Positions 17,671 through 26,938 are shown, counted from the first letter of the stretch. The stretch: 31,520 bases of DNA from a virus (IMGVR_UViG_3300020599_000169:1-31520); one strand, 5' to 3'. A program made the numbers and translations. The notes: generated by a model from the sequence alone, not told the origin.

Positions 17671-18297
17671 ATGGATAAAAAATATAAATCTTCAACAGGT
17701 GTAGATGAGTTTTATTATGCGAAGCTTGATGAAACTGGTGCTGCAGTAATAGTTGGAGCTCCAGAACGTATTAAGTTTTTACAAAATATTAATATTGAAA
17801 TGCCTCAAGAAGCTGTTCGTGCTTATGGAGATAACCAAACAGCAGAAATCGCAGTATCATCAGGAAATATTACCGTAACATCTGCGTTTCATAAATTACC
17901 TGATGAAGATAAAGCTGTATTATTTGGTCTAGAAAAAACAGCTGGCGGACTATATGCATATGGATCTAGTGATACACCTCCATATGTAGCTTGTGTATTT
18001 GCAAAAACATATGAGGACGGTAGCAAAGAATGGGTTGGTTTAACAAAAGGTATTTTCATGCGTCCAAATAATACAGGTCAAACTAAACAAGATAGTGTGG
18101 AGTTTTCAACTGAAGAAATTTCTGCTGAGTTTATGGACCGAGAAGTTAATGGATTTACAGAAGAGAAATCAGTTGTGTTTGGTCGGGATGAAAAAGGTGC
18201 AAGTGTTCAGCGTGATGCTCTTTTCCAAGCTATTTTTGGACAAGCTTATCCAAGCACTTCCACAACTACAACTACAACCACTACTAGTGGAGTTTAA
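17671..18297 (+). CDS. Major tail (tube) protein, phi13-like, with C-terminal poly-Thr tail
   Basis: TGVDEFYY, AYGDN, PPYVACVF, WVGLTKGIF, TKQDSVEFS; ends PSTSTTTTTTTTSGV. Confidence 0.92.
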   Translation: MDKKYKSSTGVDEFYYAKLDETGAAVIVGAPERIKFLQNINIEMPQEAVRAYGDNQTAEIAVSSGNITVTSAFHKLPDEDKAVLFGLEKTAGGLYAYGSSDTPPYVACVFAKTYEDGSKEWVGLTKGIFMRPNNTGQTKQDSVEFSTEEISAEFMDREVNGFTEEKSVVFGRDEKGASVQRDALFQAIFGQAYPSTSTTTTTTTTSGV

Positions 18298-18308
18298 TAC
18301 TTTAACTC

Positions 18309-19379
18309 ATGAAGTTCATACTTTGTCAGCCGGCAATCAAACGTTTTGAATGGGAACTAGAAGTTTGTTTAACTCGTTTGAAAAAACTTGGTATTCAAGA
18401 TATTGTCCTACTGTTTGCTCAGTGGGACAATTCTGTTCCTAAGTATTTACAAGAAAAATATAATGTTGAAGTTCATGTGTATGATGATACTCATAGGAAT
18501 AAAAGTTATATACCTTCTGTAAAACCATATTTGTGGATGCAGTACTTATCAGAAGATCGATCTAGAGAAAAGGAATCTTATTTTTATTTAGATAGTGATG
18601 TCTTGATAAGGGAAGTCCCTGAAGTACTGCCTACTGAAAATATATGGTTTGCTTCTGATTGCAAAAGCTACATCGGTATTGATTACATCGATAGCAAAGG
18701 TTCAGATCTATTAGAGCGTATGTGCGATGTTATAAATATTGATGCTTCAATGATAAGAAAATATAATCCTACTGGTGGAGCCCAATGGGTAATAAAAAAT
18801 CCAACATTTGAATATTGGAAAAAGGTTTATGAAGATTCTGTGAAGCTCTTTAAGTTTCTTTCATCAGTTGAAAATGAATATGTACGTAAGAATGGTTCGG
18901 ATTATACACCAATTCAAAAGTGGACTGCAGAAATGTGGGCTCAATTATGGAATGTTTATCATATTGGTAGGACTGTTCAAGTTGAAAATGAGCTTGATTT
19001 TTGTTGGCCTACAGATGATGTAGAAAAATATTATTCCACAAAGATTTATCATAACGCTGGAGTATTAGACGATAATCAGAAATTATTTTTTAAAGGTAAA
19101 TATACAAATAGTACACCATTCAATGATGATTTAAGTGGAATAGATCAAAGCAAAGCATCCATTGAATATGTTAAAGCGATTTATGATGTAAAAGAGGTGA
19201 AAACAATGAGATATGAAGTTATTCATCCCTTCCACGATTTACAGGATAAAAATAAAGTATATGGAATAGGTGACACTTTCCCTAAGCCAGCAAGTAAAAG
19301 AGTTTCAAAAAAACGCATAGAAGAATTATTATCAAGCGATAACAAGCTTGGAAAACCAGTGATAAAAGAAATTGAGTAG
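18309..19379 (+). CDS. GT-A glycosyltransferase (putative protein Ser/Thr O-glycosyltransferase) fused to a small phage domain
   Basis: YFYLDSDV DxD motif; YIPSVKPY, GGAQW, KWTAEMWA, IYHNAG; the last 57 aa resemble a stand-alone phage morphogenesis-region protein. Confidence 0.8.
   Translation: MKFILCQPAIKRFEWELEVCLTRLKKLGIQDIVLLFAQWDNSVPKYLQEKYNVEVHVYDDTHRNKSYIPSVKPYLWMQYLSEDRSREKESYFYLDSDVLIREVPEVLPTENIWFASDCKSYIGIDYIDSKGSDLLERMCDVINIDASMIRKYNPTGGAQWVIKNPTFEYWKKVYEDSVKLFKFLSSVENEYVRKNGSDYTPIQKWTAEMWAQLWNVYHIGRTVQVENELDFCWPTDDVEKYYSTKIYHNAGVLDDNQKLFFKGKYTNSTPFNDDLSGIDQSKASIEYVKAIYDVKEVKTMRYEVIHPFHDLQDKNKVYGIGDTFPKPASKRVSKKRIEELLSSDNKLGKPVIKEIE
19206..19379 (+). CDS. Nested in-frame 57-aa phage protein (C-terminal domain of the GT)
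   Basis: AAAGAGGTGA at 19191-19200, then in-frame ATG 19206: MRYEVIHPFHDLQDKNKVYGIGDTFP...RIEELLSSDNKLGKPVIKEIE. Confidence 0.6.
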   Translation: MRYEVIHPFHDLQDKNKVYGIGDTFPKPASKRVSKKRIEELLSSDNKLGKPVIKEIE

Positions 19380-19399
19380 GTAATTGCCTACTCTTTTTT
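19374..19399 (+). terminator. Intrinsic terminator after the GT gene
   Basis: GAGTAGGT-AATT-GCCTACTC followed by TTTTTT. Confidence 0.75.
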
Positions 19400-19433
19400 A
19401 ATGTTAAAAATAAAAAAAGTGAGGTTTTCTAAA

Positions 19434-19784
19434 ATGGCAAATTTAAAACGAAATATGATTGAGATTGTAAAAAAAGTGAAGGAAGGCGAAATTGTCACTG
19501 AAAAATATTTAACCCCAGTATTTATTCCTCTATCTGTTGTCTACCAAGCTATCGATTTAACTGCTGATATGGAAAAAGGAACTAAGGAAAATGAGAGGTC
19601 ATTGATTGATAAGTTGATTGATTTTGTAGTGAATGATCTATACAAGAATCAATTTACAAAAGAGGATCTTTTAAACGGCTTACACGCACCAGATGCAATG
19701 GGGACCTTAACTGAACAACTTTTATTTGTGGCTAGGGGGTACCAATCGAATGAAACAAAAAAGTACCTGGCGAAGAAGGATTGA
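19434..19784 (+). CDS. Tail assembly chaperone (gpG)
   Basis: Position between tail tube and TMP; MANLKRN...QFTKEDLLNGLHAPD; slippery site near the end. Confidence 0.85.
   Translation: MANLKRNMIEIVKKVKEGEIVTEKYLTPVFIPLSVVYQAIDLTADMEKGTKENERSLIDKLIDFVVNDLYKNQFTKEDLLNGLHAPDAMGTLTEQLLFVARGYQSNETKKYLAKKD
19757..19763 (+). other. Programmed -1 frameshift site A AAA AAG (gpG/gpGT)
   Basis: In-frame A_AAA_AAG; the -1 frame is open (KVPGEEGLSDADF...) through 19969. Confidence 0.85.
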
Positions 19785-19969
19785 GTGATGCCGATTTTAC
19801 AGCTGAAAAGCAAAAGGAGTATTTAGATAAATTAATATTGTCTTTTGTGGAAAGCGGAAAAGACATTAATGAAGTTTTAGCAATGCCATATCATTTTGTC
19901 TTAGAAATTTTAAGTGAACGAAATAAACCAAAAGTAGAGAAATCCCTTATTGCTGCATTTGGAGGTTAA
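19781..19969 (+). CDS. Tail assembly chaperone gpGT C-terminal part (-1 frame)
   Basis: GKDINEVLAMPYHF...SLIAAFGG, in the -1 frame relative to gpG. Confidence 0.8.
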   Translation: MSDADFTAEKQKEYLDKLILSFVESGKDINEVLAMPYHFVLEILSERNKPKVEKSLIAAFGG

Positions 19970-19992
19970 CTCTAAAGAAGGGAGGTAAAATA

Positions 19993-22900
19993 ATGGCTGA
20001 TCGGATAGAAGGTTTATCGATAGGTTTGGATTTAGACGCTTTGGCACTAGATCGCGGACTAACTGGCTTAAAGGATAGACTTAAAACGGTTAATAGCGAA
20101 ATGAAAGCAAATTTATCAGCTTTTGATCGAGCTGATAAGTCTGTTGAAAAATATGAGACTCGTTTGAATGGGCTCAACAGAAAATTAGAAGTACAAAAGC
20201 GTGTTGTGGTTGCAGCTGCGAGCGAATATGAAAAGATGGTCGCTGAATATGGGAAAGGATCTAAGGAAGCTGAAAAAGCGAACCGAGAGCTTAATAACCA
20301 GGTTTCTTCTTTAAACAATTTACAGCGAAATATTGAGCGTACTACAGACGATTTAAAAGAATTAAAGAAATCACAACAGCAAGCTTCAAGTGGTTGGGCG
20401 AAGTTTAATGATGCTGCGAAGAAAACAGAATCCACCTTAACTAATATTGGAGAAGTCGGTAAAAATGTTGGTCAAACTCTGACTGCTTCCTTAACTGTAC
20501 CTTTAACTGGATTTGCTCTAATGGCAGGGAAATCAGCTTTGGAATTTGAAGCTGCACAAGGAAAAATCCAGGCACAATTAGGATTAACTGCAAAAGAAGC
20601 TGAAAATCTTTCAGAGGTCGCTCAAGATGTTTGGGAAAATGGGTTTGGAGAAAGTATTGACGAAGTATCTAACGCATTAGCAAAAGCAGAACAAAACATG
20701 GGTGCATTCGGTTGGGCAAGTAAACAAGAACTCCAAGAGATTGGAGAAAGTGCCCTAATGTTGTCCAAAACATTCGAAGCAGATGTAAATGATACAACAA
20801 AAACTGCAAACCAGTTAATCACTCAATTTGGACTAAGTTCAAAAGAAGCTTTTGACATGTTAACTTGGGGATTTCAAAACGGTCTCAATTATAGTGATGA
20901 CTTTTTAGATACAGTTAATGAATATTCTGTACAGTTTGCCACAATGGGCATGAGCGCTGAAGAAATGTTCTCCATTTTTGAACAAGGTGCAATTTCGGGC
21001 GCTTTTAACATGGACAAAGTCGGTGACGCTGTTAAAGAATTCAACATTCGTATAAAAGATGGTTCTAAAACCACATCAGATGCCATGGGAGAGTTAAGCA
21101 AAGGAACTCAACAAGTGTGGAAGGACTTCGAACGTGGTGAAAAGACCGGAAAAGAAGTTATGCAAGCTATTATCAAAGAATTATCTAGTATGGATGATCA
21201 GGTAAAGGCCAATCAAATTGCAGTTGGTGTTTTCGGTACGCAATGGGAAGATCTTGAGAGTGATGCTGTTTATGCCATGGGAAATGTTAGTAATGAACTT
21301 TCTGGAGTTGAAGGAGCGACCAAAAAGGCTGGTGATGCCCTTAATGATAATCTAGGGGTAAGAGCTCAAAAACTTTGGAGAAATTTCCTTACTGATATGC
21401 AGCCAGTTGGAGAAGTATTGGTTGATCTTGCAGAAGATATCCTACCAGAAGTAGCAAAAACAATCGGATACGTAACTGATGCATTTACTAGCTTGTCTCC
21501 AGAAGGACAAAAAACAACTTTATTGATTGGTGGACTTGTTACAGCGGTAGGTCCGTTAGTAACGATTCTTGGGTTCGCTACAACAGGTGTAGGTTCTTTT
21601 ATGGGAGTGTTAGGTCTTTTAACGGGTCCAGTCGGAATTACAGTCGGAATTTTAGCTGCACTAGGTGCAGGATTTGTTGCTCTTGATAAAGCGATGGATA
21701 AGCCAGTTATCAAGTCTGATATTTTCGCAGGAGAAATTTCTGAAGCGACTCAAGCAGCTGTGGGAGCTTATATGGATTTAGATTCTGATGCTACAGCTGA
21801 ATTAAATAATTTATCTATTACCTCTCAAACAATTACTGATAAAATGGCAGATTATATGATTTCTAAATATGCTGAGATGGGGGACACAATCCTTCAAAAT
21901 ATGAAGGAAAATCATACAAAGCAACTCGAAGAACAAAGGTTGTTATTCGAACAAAGTGCTGTTTTAACAGAGGAAGAAGAAGCGAAAAGGTTAGCTAAAT
22001 TAAAAGCAGACCAATTAGCTGAAGAAGAAGCGCATAATGCAAACCAAGCTAGAATAAAAGAAATTTGGACTATTGCTGCAGAGGAAAAAAGAGGAATTAC
22101 CGATGCAGAAGCGAAAGAAATTGCTCAAATCCAAAACAACATGAGATTAAAAGCAGTCGAGGAACTATCAGCAAGTAAACAAGAACAAGAAACTATTCTC
22201 CGTAACTTGAAACAAAACAAAAGTATTATTGAAGCTGAAACTGCTGCTAATACAGTTAGGAAATCAGCTGAGACTAGAGATAAAGTAATAAAAGAAGCGA
22301 ACCAACAATATTCCCAAACGGTTTCTAGCGCTGAATCCGCTCGTGACGAACTTGGAATTATTTCAACAGCTGAAGCAGCAAAAATTATTAAAGAAGCTGA
22401 ACGAAAGAAAAATGAATCTGTTGCTAATGCTCAAGATACACATTCGCTTGTTGTAACAGAAGCACAAAAACAAGCACAAGATCATGTTGATGAAGTGAAT
22501 TGGGAAACAGGCGGAGTCTTATCTGGTTGGGATAGCATGTATAACGGTGTTTTAGATGCTGTTAACTGGGTTCGAGGTTTATTTGGTAAAGAACCATTAG
22601 CTAAAAGAGGTAGCGTAAAAGAAAATGGTCGACAAAGATTAAAAAGGCAAAATGCTAAGTTTAGTGCTTATGCTGATGGAACTCCCTCAAGTGGACATCC
22701 TGGAGGACCTGCTATTGTTGGTGAAGAAGGTATAGAACTTGCTCACATACCAGGTCAAGGAGTAACTATTTTAGGGACAAAAGGACCCGAATTTCTTAGC
22801 AATCTACCTCGCGGATCTTCTGTATTACCAAATAAACAAACTGAAAGGTTATTAAAATCTTACGGTTTCCCTGGATATGCCGAAGGGATCGGAGATTATT

Positions 22901-23796
22901 TTGATTTATTTCTTAAAGGGTCTAGTTCTGTTTGGGACATGGTCAAAGGAAAATTTAATCTCTCTGATAGTGTGATTCCATCATGGTTAAACAATCATAC
23001 AGGTAGTCCATTAACGTATATAAAGGATATGGCAACATCATGGATAAAAGGATTATGGGATAATTGGTTCGGTGATATGGGTAATGTGACAGGTGGTTCT
23101 GGTGTCCAAAGATGGTCTGGAATCGCCACTCGCGCTCTTATGATGACAGGGCAATTTACCAAGGCTAACTTAGACAGATTATTATATCAAATGCAAACTG
23201 AGTCTGGTGGGAATCCTCGAGCTATAAACCTGTGGGATATTAACGCTAAACGAGGAATCCCATCAAAAGGATTAATGCAAGTAATAGATCCAACATTCAG
23301 GGCATATGCGCACCCAGGATTTAATAATAACATCTATGATCCATTATCAAATATTTTAGCTTCTATTCGATATGCAGTATCTCGTTACGGTAGCCTTGCA
23401 AGAGCGTATAGAGGTGTTGGTTATAAGTCAGGCGGATTAATTAATAATCAAGGTTTGTATGAACTTGCAGAAGGTGGATGGCCAGAATGGGTTATTCCTA
23501 CAGATCCAAGTCGTAGAACGGATGCTATGAAGCTTTTAGCTCTAGCTGGTAAGGAGATACAAGGTAATAAGCGTCCACATCAATTACCTAACATCAGTGG
23601 TAATTCAACTAGTGATGACAGCCTTTTACAAGCAGTGTTAGAGCAAAACAGAATACTTATGGCTTTATTACAAAGCAGTAAAAATATCGAGAAAAAACCA
23701 ATAATATCTCAATATGATATTGGCAGAGCAGCAGAAAAATATGATTCTCAGCAATCTATAAATCATGCAATATTCACAGGGAGGGCTGCATTATAA
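19993..23796 (+). CDS. Tape measure protein with a C-terminal lytic transglycosylase domain
   Basis: 1267 aa, helical; TMP core (DTVNEYS...DKVGDAVKEF); QTESGGNPRAINLWD...SKGLMQ SLT motif. Confidence 0.95.
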   Translation: MADRIEGLSIGLDLDALALDRGLTGLKDRLKTVNSEMKANLSAFDRADKSVEKYETRLNGLNRKLEVQKRVVVAAASEYEKMVAEYGKGSKEAEKANRELNNQVSSLNNLQRNIERTTDDLKELKKSQQQASSGWAKFNDAAKKTESTLTNIGEVGKNVGQTLTASLTVPLTGFALMAGKSALEFEAAQGKIQAQLGLTAKEAENLSEVAQDVWENGFGESIDEVSNALAKAEQNMGAFGWASKQELQEIGESALMLSKTFEADVNDTTKTANQLITQFGLSSKEAFDMLTWGFQNGLNYSDDFLDTVNEYSVQFATMGMSAEEMFSIFEQGAISGAFNMDKVGDAVKEFNIRIKDGSKTTSDAMGELSKGTQQVWKDFERGEKTGKEVMQAIIKELSSMDDQVKANQIAVGVFGTQWEDLESDAVYAMGNVSNELSGVEGATKKAGDALNDNLGVRAQKLWRNFLTDMQPVGEVLVDLAEDILPEVAKTIGYVTDAFTSLSPEGQKTTLLIGGLVTAVGPLVTILGFATTGVGSFMGVLGLLTGPVGITVGILAALGAGFVALDKAMDKPVIKSDIFAGEISEATQAAVGAYMDLDSDATAELNNLSITSQTITDKMADYMISKYAEMGDTILQNMKENHTKQLEEQRLLFEQSAVLTEEEEAKRLAKLKADQLAEEEAHNANQARIKEIWTIAAEEKRGITDAEAKEIAQIQNNMRLKAVEELSASKQEQETILRNLKQNKSIIEAETAANTVRKSAETRDKVIKEANQQYSQTVSSAESARDELGIISTAEAAKIIKEAERKKNESVANAQDTHSLVVTEAQKQAQDHVDEVNWETGGVLSGWDSMYNGVLDAVNWVRGLFGKEPLAKRGSVKENGRQRLKRQNAKFSAYADGTPSSGHPGGPAIVGEEGIELAHIPGQGVTILGTKGPEFLSNLPRGSSVLPNKQTERLLKSYGFPGYAEGIGDYFDLFLKGSSSVWDMVKGKFNLSDSVIPSWLNNHTGSPLTYIKDMATSWIKGLWDNWFGDMGNVTGGSGVQRWSGIATRALMMTGQFTKANLDRLLYQMQTESGGNPRAINLWDINAKRGIPSKGLMQVIDPTFRAYAHPGFNNNIYDPLSNILASIRYAVSRYGSLARAYRGVGYKSGGLINNQGLYELAEGGWPEWVIPTDPSRRTDAMKLLALAGKEIQGNKRPHQLPNISGNSTSDDSLLQAVLEQNRILMALLQSSKNIEKKPIISQYDIGRAAEKYDSQQSINHAIFTGRAAL

Positions 23797-24674
23797 TGTT
23801 TAATATCTATGATGAACAATTCAATCCTATCGCCCTTCCTGTTGACGATTTAGGATATGGATTAACAGACCTAGATTTACAGATTTCGTCCACAACCCAA
23901 GAAGTAACGGAGCACTCTATACCAGGTTTACCAGGTAACATCATTACTGGTTTTCGGGATAGCGATAGAGATATGAATATTCATGTAATGTTAAAAGCAA
24001 AAGACGCAATAGACTTTCGATTAAAAAGGGATCGAGTCTTTGCGTTTTTTAAACGTTTAGGGACATTTTTTATTACGGAAAAACAACAAGGAAACAAGTT
24101 GATGAAGGTAAGAGTTGTAGAATCGTATAGGTTTGATCGTCCAGAGAACAACCGAACATTCTCAACTGTGGACATACCTCTTAAGATCGTTGGACAACCT
24201 TATTGGATTAGTCGTTATAAAAGTATGGACTTGCATAATAGTGGTGGAGTTCCATTTAATGGCCATTGGTCCTTTGGAATGGGATTAGATGTTGATCCTT
24301 CAAAGTTATTATATAAATTTACTAATCAATCGTCTTTTAATGTATTTAACGCTGGTACGGTCCCAATTAAAACAATTCAAGAAGTTGAAAACTGTGTGAT
24401 TACCATTGAGATCAATCAATCTGTTACGAGTTTTAGATTATATGATGAGACCGGCCGTTATTTTGAATATAACCCAACAAAAGAACCTAGTTGGGCTTTA
24501 GTAAGCGGAAATAAGATCGTATTAAACGGTCAATATATGAAGATGAATGAAACACCTATTTTAGGTAGAACAAATCGTTATTACTTATGTTTATTGCCAG
24601 GGGAAAACAGGCTTACGATGGACGGATTATCAAACTACACCATAAGCTTTGATTTTCGCTTTAAGTACGATTAA
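23796..24674 (+). CDS. Distal tail protein (Dit)
   Basis: Follows TMP by TAATG; ...VFNAGTVPI...LLPGENRL...FDFRFKY. Confidence 0.85.
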   Translation: MFNIYDEQFNPIALPVDDLGYGLTDLDLQISSTTQEVTEHSIPGLPGNIITGFRDSDRDMNIHVMLKAKDAIDFRLKRDRVFAFFKRLGTFFITEKQQGNKLMKVRVVESYRFDRPENNRTFSTVDIPLKIVGQPYWISRYKSMDLHNSGGVPFNGHWSFGMGLDVDPSKLLYKFTNQSSFNVFNAGTVPIKTIQEVENCVITIEINQSVTSFRLYDETGRYFEYNPTKEPSWALVSGNKIVLNGQYMKMNETPILGRTNRYYLCLLPGENRLTMDGLSNYTISFDFRFKYD

Positions 24675-24688
24675 GAGAGGTGAGAACA

Positions 24689-26623
24689 TTGACAATTTAT
24701 TCTATTGATAATCCATTGAGTGATGATGGAAGAAATAAAATAAATAAAAACTTTGAGAATACAGATAAAAAAATTAACGATCAAAAAACACGTGTAGACG
24801 ATCTAATAAAGAATACACCACAACCATCAGAAGTTGTAGATGCTCGTGGAGGAGCTCCAGTTTTACGTGATCGATTGGATAAAGTTGATGCGGAATTGGC
24901 ACAAAATGCGAATCAAATAACATCTATTTCAGCGGATGTTGATGATTACAAAGTTTTGAGAAGAAAAAACAATATTATTCCGAGGCATGTTAAAACATAC
25001 AGTATGCTTAGACAAAATGTCCCATTAAGTGCTTTTATAGCAGGAGATAGTATTGCACAAGGTTCAGGAGCAACTAGCGGTAATTCATGGAGTGCGAAAT
25101 TGGGCGCATCACTAAAAAATGCATTAGGTTTATCTAGCGATTGGACTGTAAAAAATGTGGCGGTTGGTGGAAGAACCATAACGAATGTTGTAAATCAAAT
25201 ATCATTTGATTTAGAGAAAAATGATCGTGCTTATGTTACTAAAAAGTCTTACCCATATAACTATCCAATTTGGATTATCATGACAGGTAGAAATGATTTT
25301 GCAGTACTATCAAAAAAAGACTTTGAATATTACTACCGTTTAGTAATTAGAATGGCTAAATCCTACGGAATAGACGTAGTTTTATGTTCAGAACCAGCAA
25401 GGGTTAACACTTCAACAGGTGACATAGTAGATGGTGTTGGAGGGAATAACTATCCAGAATATGTAGAAATTATTAAGTATTTAGCTGAATCTGAGGGTTG
25501 TTCCTTTTTAGATATATATCAGGAATGGGTTGATATGAAGAATTCGGATGGTGTGGACTTGACAACACTTACTAGTGATGGTGTACACCCTAACGATTCT
25601 GGACACAGTATTATTTGCGATATGATGACAGAATTAATAACTTCAATACCGAAAGAACTTTCAAATGTAAAGCCTAATATTCAATACCCTTACAATCTTG
25701 TGCCACAAATATTAATTGATGGTGCAACAACAGGGACTTATACGCAAGAATCTATAGTAACGCAAGCAGAAACTTCCTATAAATCAAGAACAGGTAATAA
25801 TTACGCTTATAAGGTACTAGCTGGTAACGACATATATTTTCCTATTCACCAAATAAAGGCAGATTATATATTCGTTAACGTTATTATTACTGCAACGACA
25901 GGTAAAATAACCGTTCAATGTCCGACTGGTTATACTTTAACTGAAATTAATCCAGAAACAGGATTAACAGTAGAAAAAACATATATATTAAAAACGAATG
26001 ACGTTACAATTGGTAAAGGCGGCATTTACCTATATGTAAGTGGGGGAGATGCTTATATTACAGGTGTTGGTGTTATACAACCTACATGTAACGTTTGGCA
26101 CAACGGAATCAACGGAACAAAAACAGGTACATGGTCTCCGGTTACTTATGAAAGTACAAGAGACTTTTTCATCGAAAGTAATACTGCCGGCAACACTATA
26201 GAAATAGAATGGTACGGTGTGGAATTACTAATTAATTATGCTAGAAGTAATTCCTTTGGTAAATTCTCTATTTCTACAGACGGAGGAGGAGCTGCAATTG
26301 TCGATTGCTATCAGAATTTAACCTATGTTTTCGGAGGAGTTTATGTATCTACAGGTAGATTTAATTTTGGCAAACATAAAACCGTAATTACGGTGTTGAA
26401 TGAAAAAAACACCTCTTCTTCAGGGTATAAAGTAGGGATTGGAAGAGGGTACATTTTTGATGTAATGCATAATGATGGGAAAATCATAGCTAATGTTGGT
26501 GACAAGATTAAAGTAAATATAAATAATAATGCCAATTATATCAGGGCAACAGCTCCTTACACTTTAACTAATGGAGTATTAGAAAGTACTGTAACAGGTA
26601 TGATTGAAACAGATGTAATTTAG
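24689..26623 (+). CDS. Tail-associated protein: phage anchor domain, SGNH/GDSL hydrolase and beta-rich C-terminal domains
   Basis: N-terminal QPSEVVDARGG...LRDRLD; SGNH blocks GDSIAQG, NVAVGG, GRND, DGVHPN; TTG start behind GAGAGGTGA. Confidence 0.82.
   Translation: MTIYSIDNPLSDDGRNKINKNFENTDKKINDQKTRVDDLIKNTPQPSEVVDARGGAPVLRDRLDKVDAELAQNANQITSISADVDDYKVLRRKNNIIPRHVKTYSMLRQNVPLSAFIAGDSIAQGSGATSGNSWSAKLGASLKNALGLSSDWTVKNVAVGGRTITNVVNQISFDLEKNDRAYVTKKSYPYNYPIWIIMTGRNDFAVLSKKDFEYYYRLVIRMAKSYGIDVVLCSEPARVNTSTGDIVDGVGGNNYPEYVEIIKYLAESEGCSFLDIYQEWVDMKNSDGVDLTTLTSDGVHPNDSGHSIICDMMTELITSIPKELSNVKPNIQYPYNLVPQILIDGATTGTYTQESIVTQAETSYKSRTGNNYAYKVLAGNDIYFPIHQIKADYIFVNVIITATTGKITVQCPTGYTLTEINPETGLTVEKTYILKTNDVTIGKGGIYLYVSGGDAYITGVGVIQPTCNVWHNGINGTKTGTWSPVTYESTRDFFIESNTAGNTIEIEWYGVELLINYARSNSFGKFSISTDGGGAAIVDCYQNLTYVFGGVYVSTGRFNFGKHKTVITVLNEKNTSSSGYKVGIGRGYIFDVMHNDGKIIANVGDKIKVNINNNANYIRATAPYTLTNGVLESTVTGMIETDVI
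24896..24913 (+). repeat. Putative recombination site 1 (TTGG-N7-TGCG), in frame within the SGNH gene
   Basis: TTGGCACAAAATGCGAAT; aligns with sites 2 and 3; lies at the anchor/payload junction. Confidence 0.4.
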
Positions 26624-26710
26624 TGGGTAAATTTCAGAGAAAATAATTTATTTCCACATTATTACATGGTAATATAATACACAAGAATATTATCTGGTAG
26701 GTGTGTTATA

Positions 26711-26881
26711 TTGGCGATAATAACCAAATTGAAGCATATATTCAAATCTAAACGTAAAAAAAAAGTAACTATCTGTCCTAATTGTAACGGTGCAGCAGTT
26801 GAAGAATTATTTGATCATTGTTATTACTGTGAAGGATCAGCTGTTGTCACTGAGACTAAAGCTAAGAAATATACAGGATAG
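26711..26881 (+). CDS. 56-aa protein with a CxxCxG...CxxCxG zinc finger (not in ORF track)
   Basis: MAIITKLKHIFKSKRKKKVTICPNCNGAAVEELFDHCYYCEGSAVV...; GGTAGGTG RBS; TATAAT at 26673. Confidence 0.7.
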   Translation: MAIITKLKHIFKSKRKKKVTICPNCNGAAVEELFDHCYYCEGSAVVTETKAKKYTG

Positions 26882-26938
26882 TTTCAAAATAAAGTCTCAT
26901 CGAGTCTTTTTATTTATGGAAGCATATTTGATAATGAA

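Noticed and set aside
18241-18349. Frameshift fusion of the tail tube protein to the GT
   Set aside because: The GT frame has a TAA at 18303-18305 just before its ATG, and the remaining frame stops at 18349, so no single shift joins them
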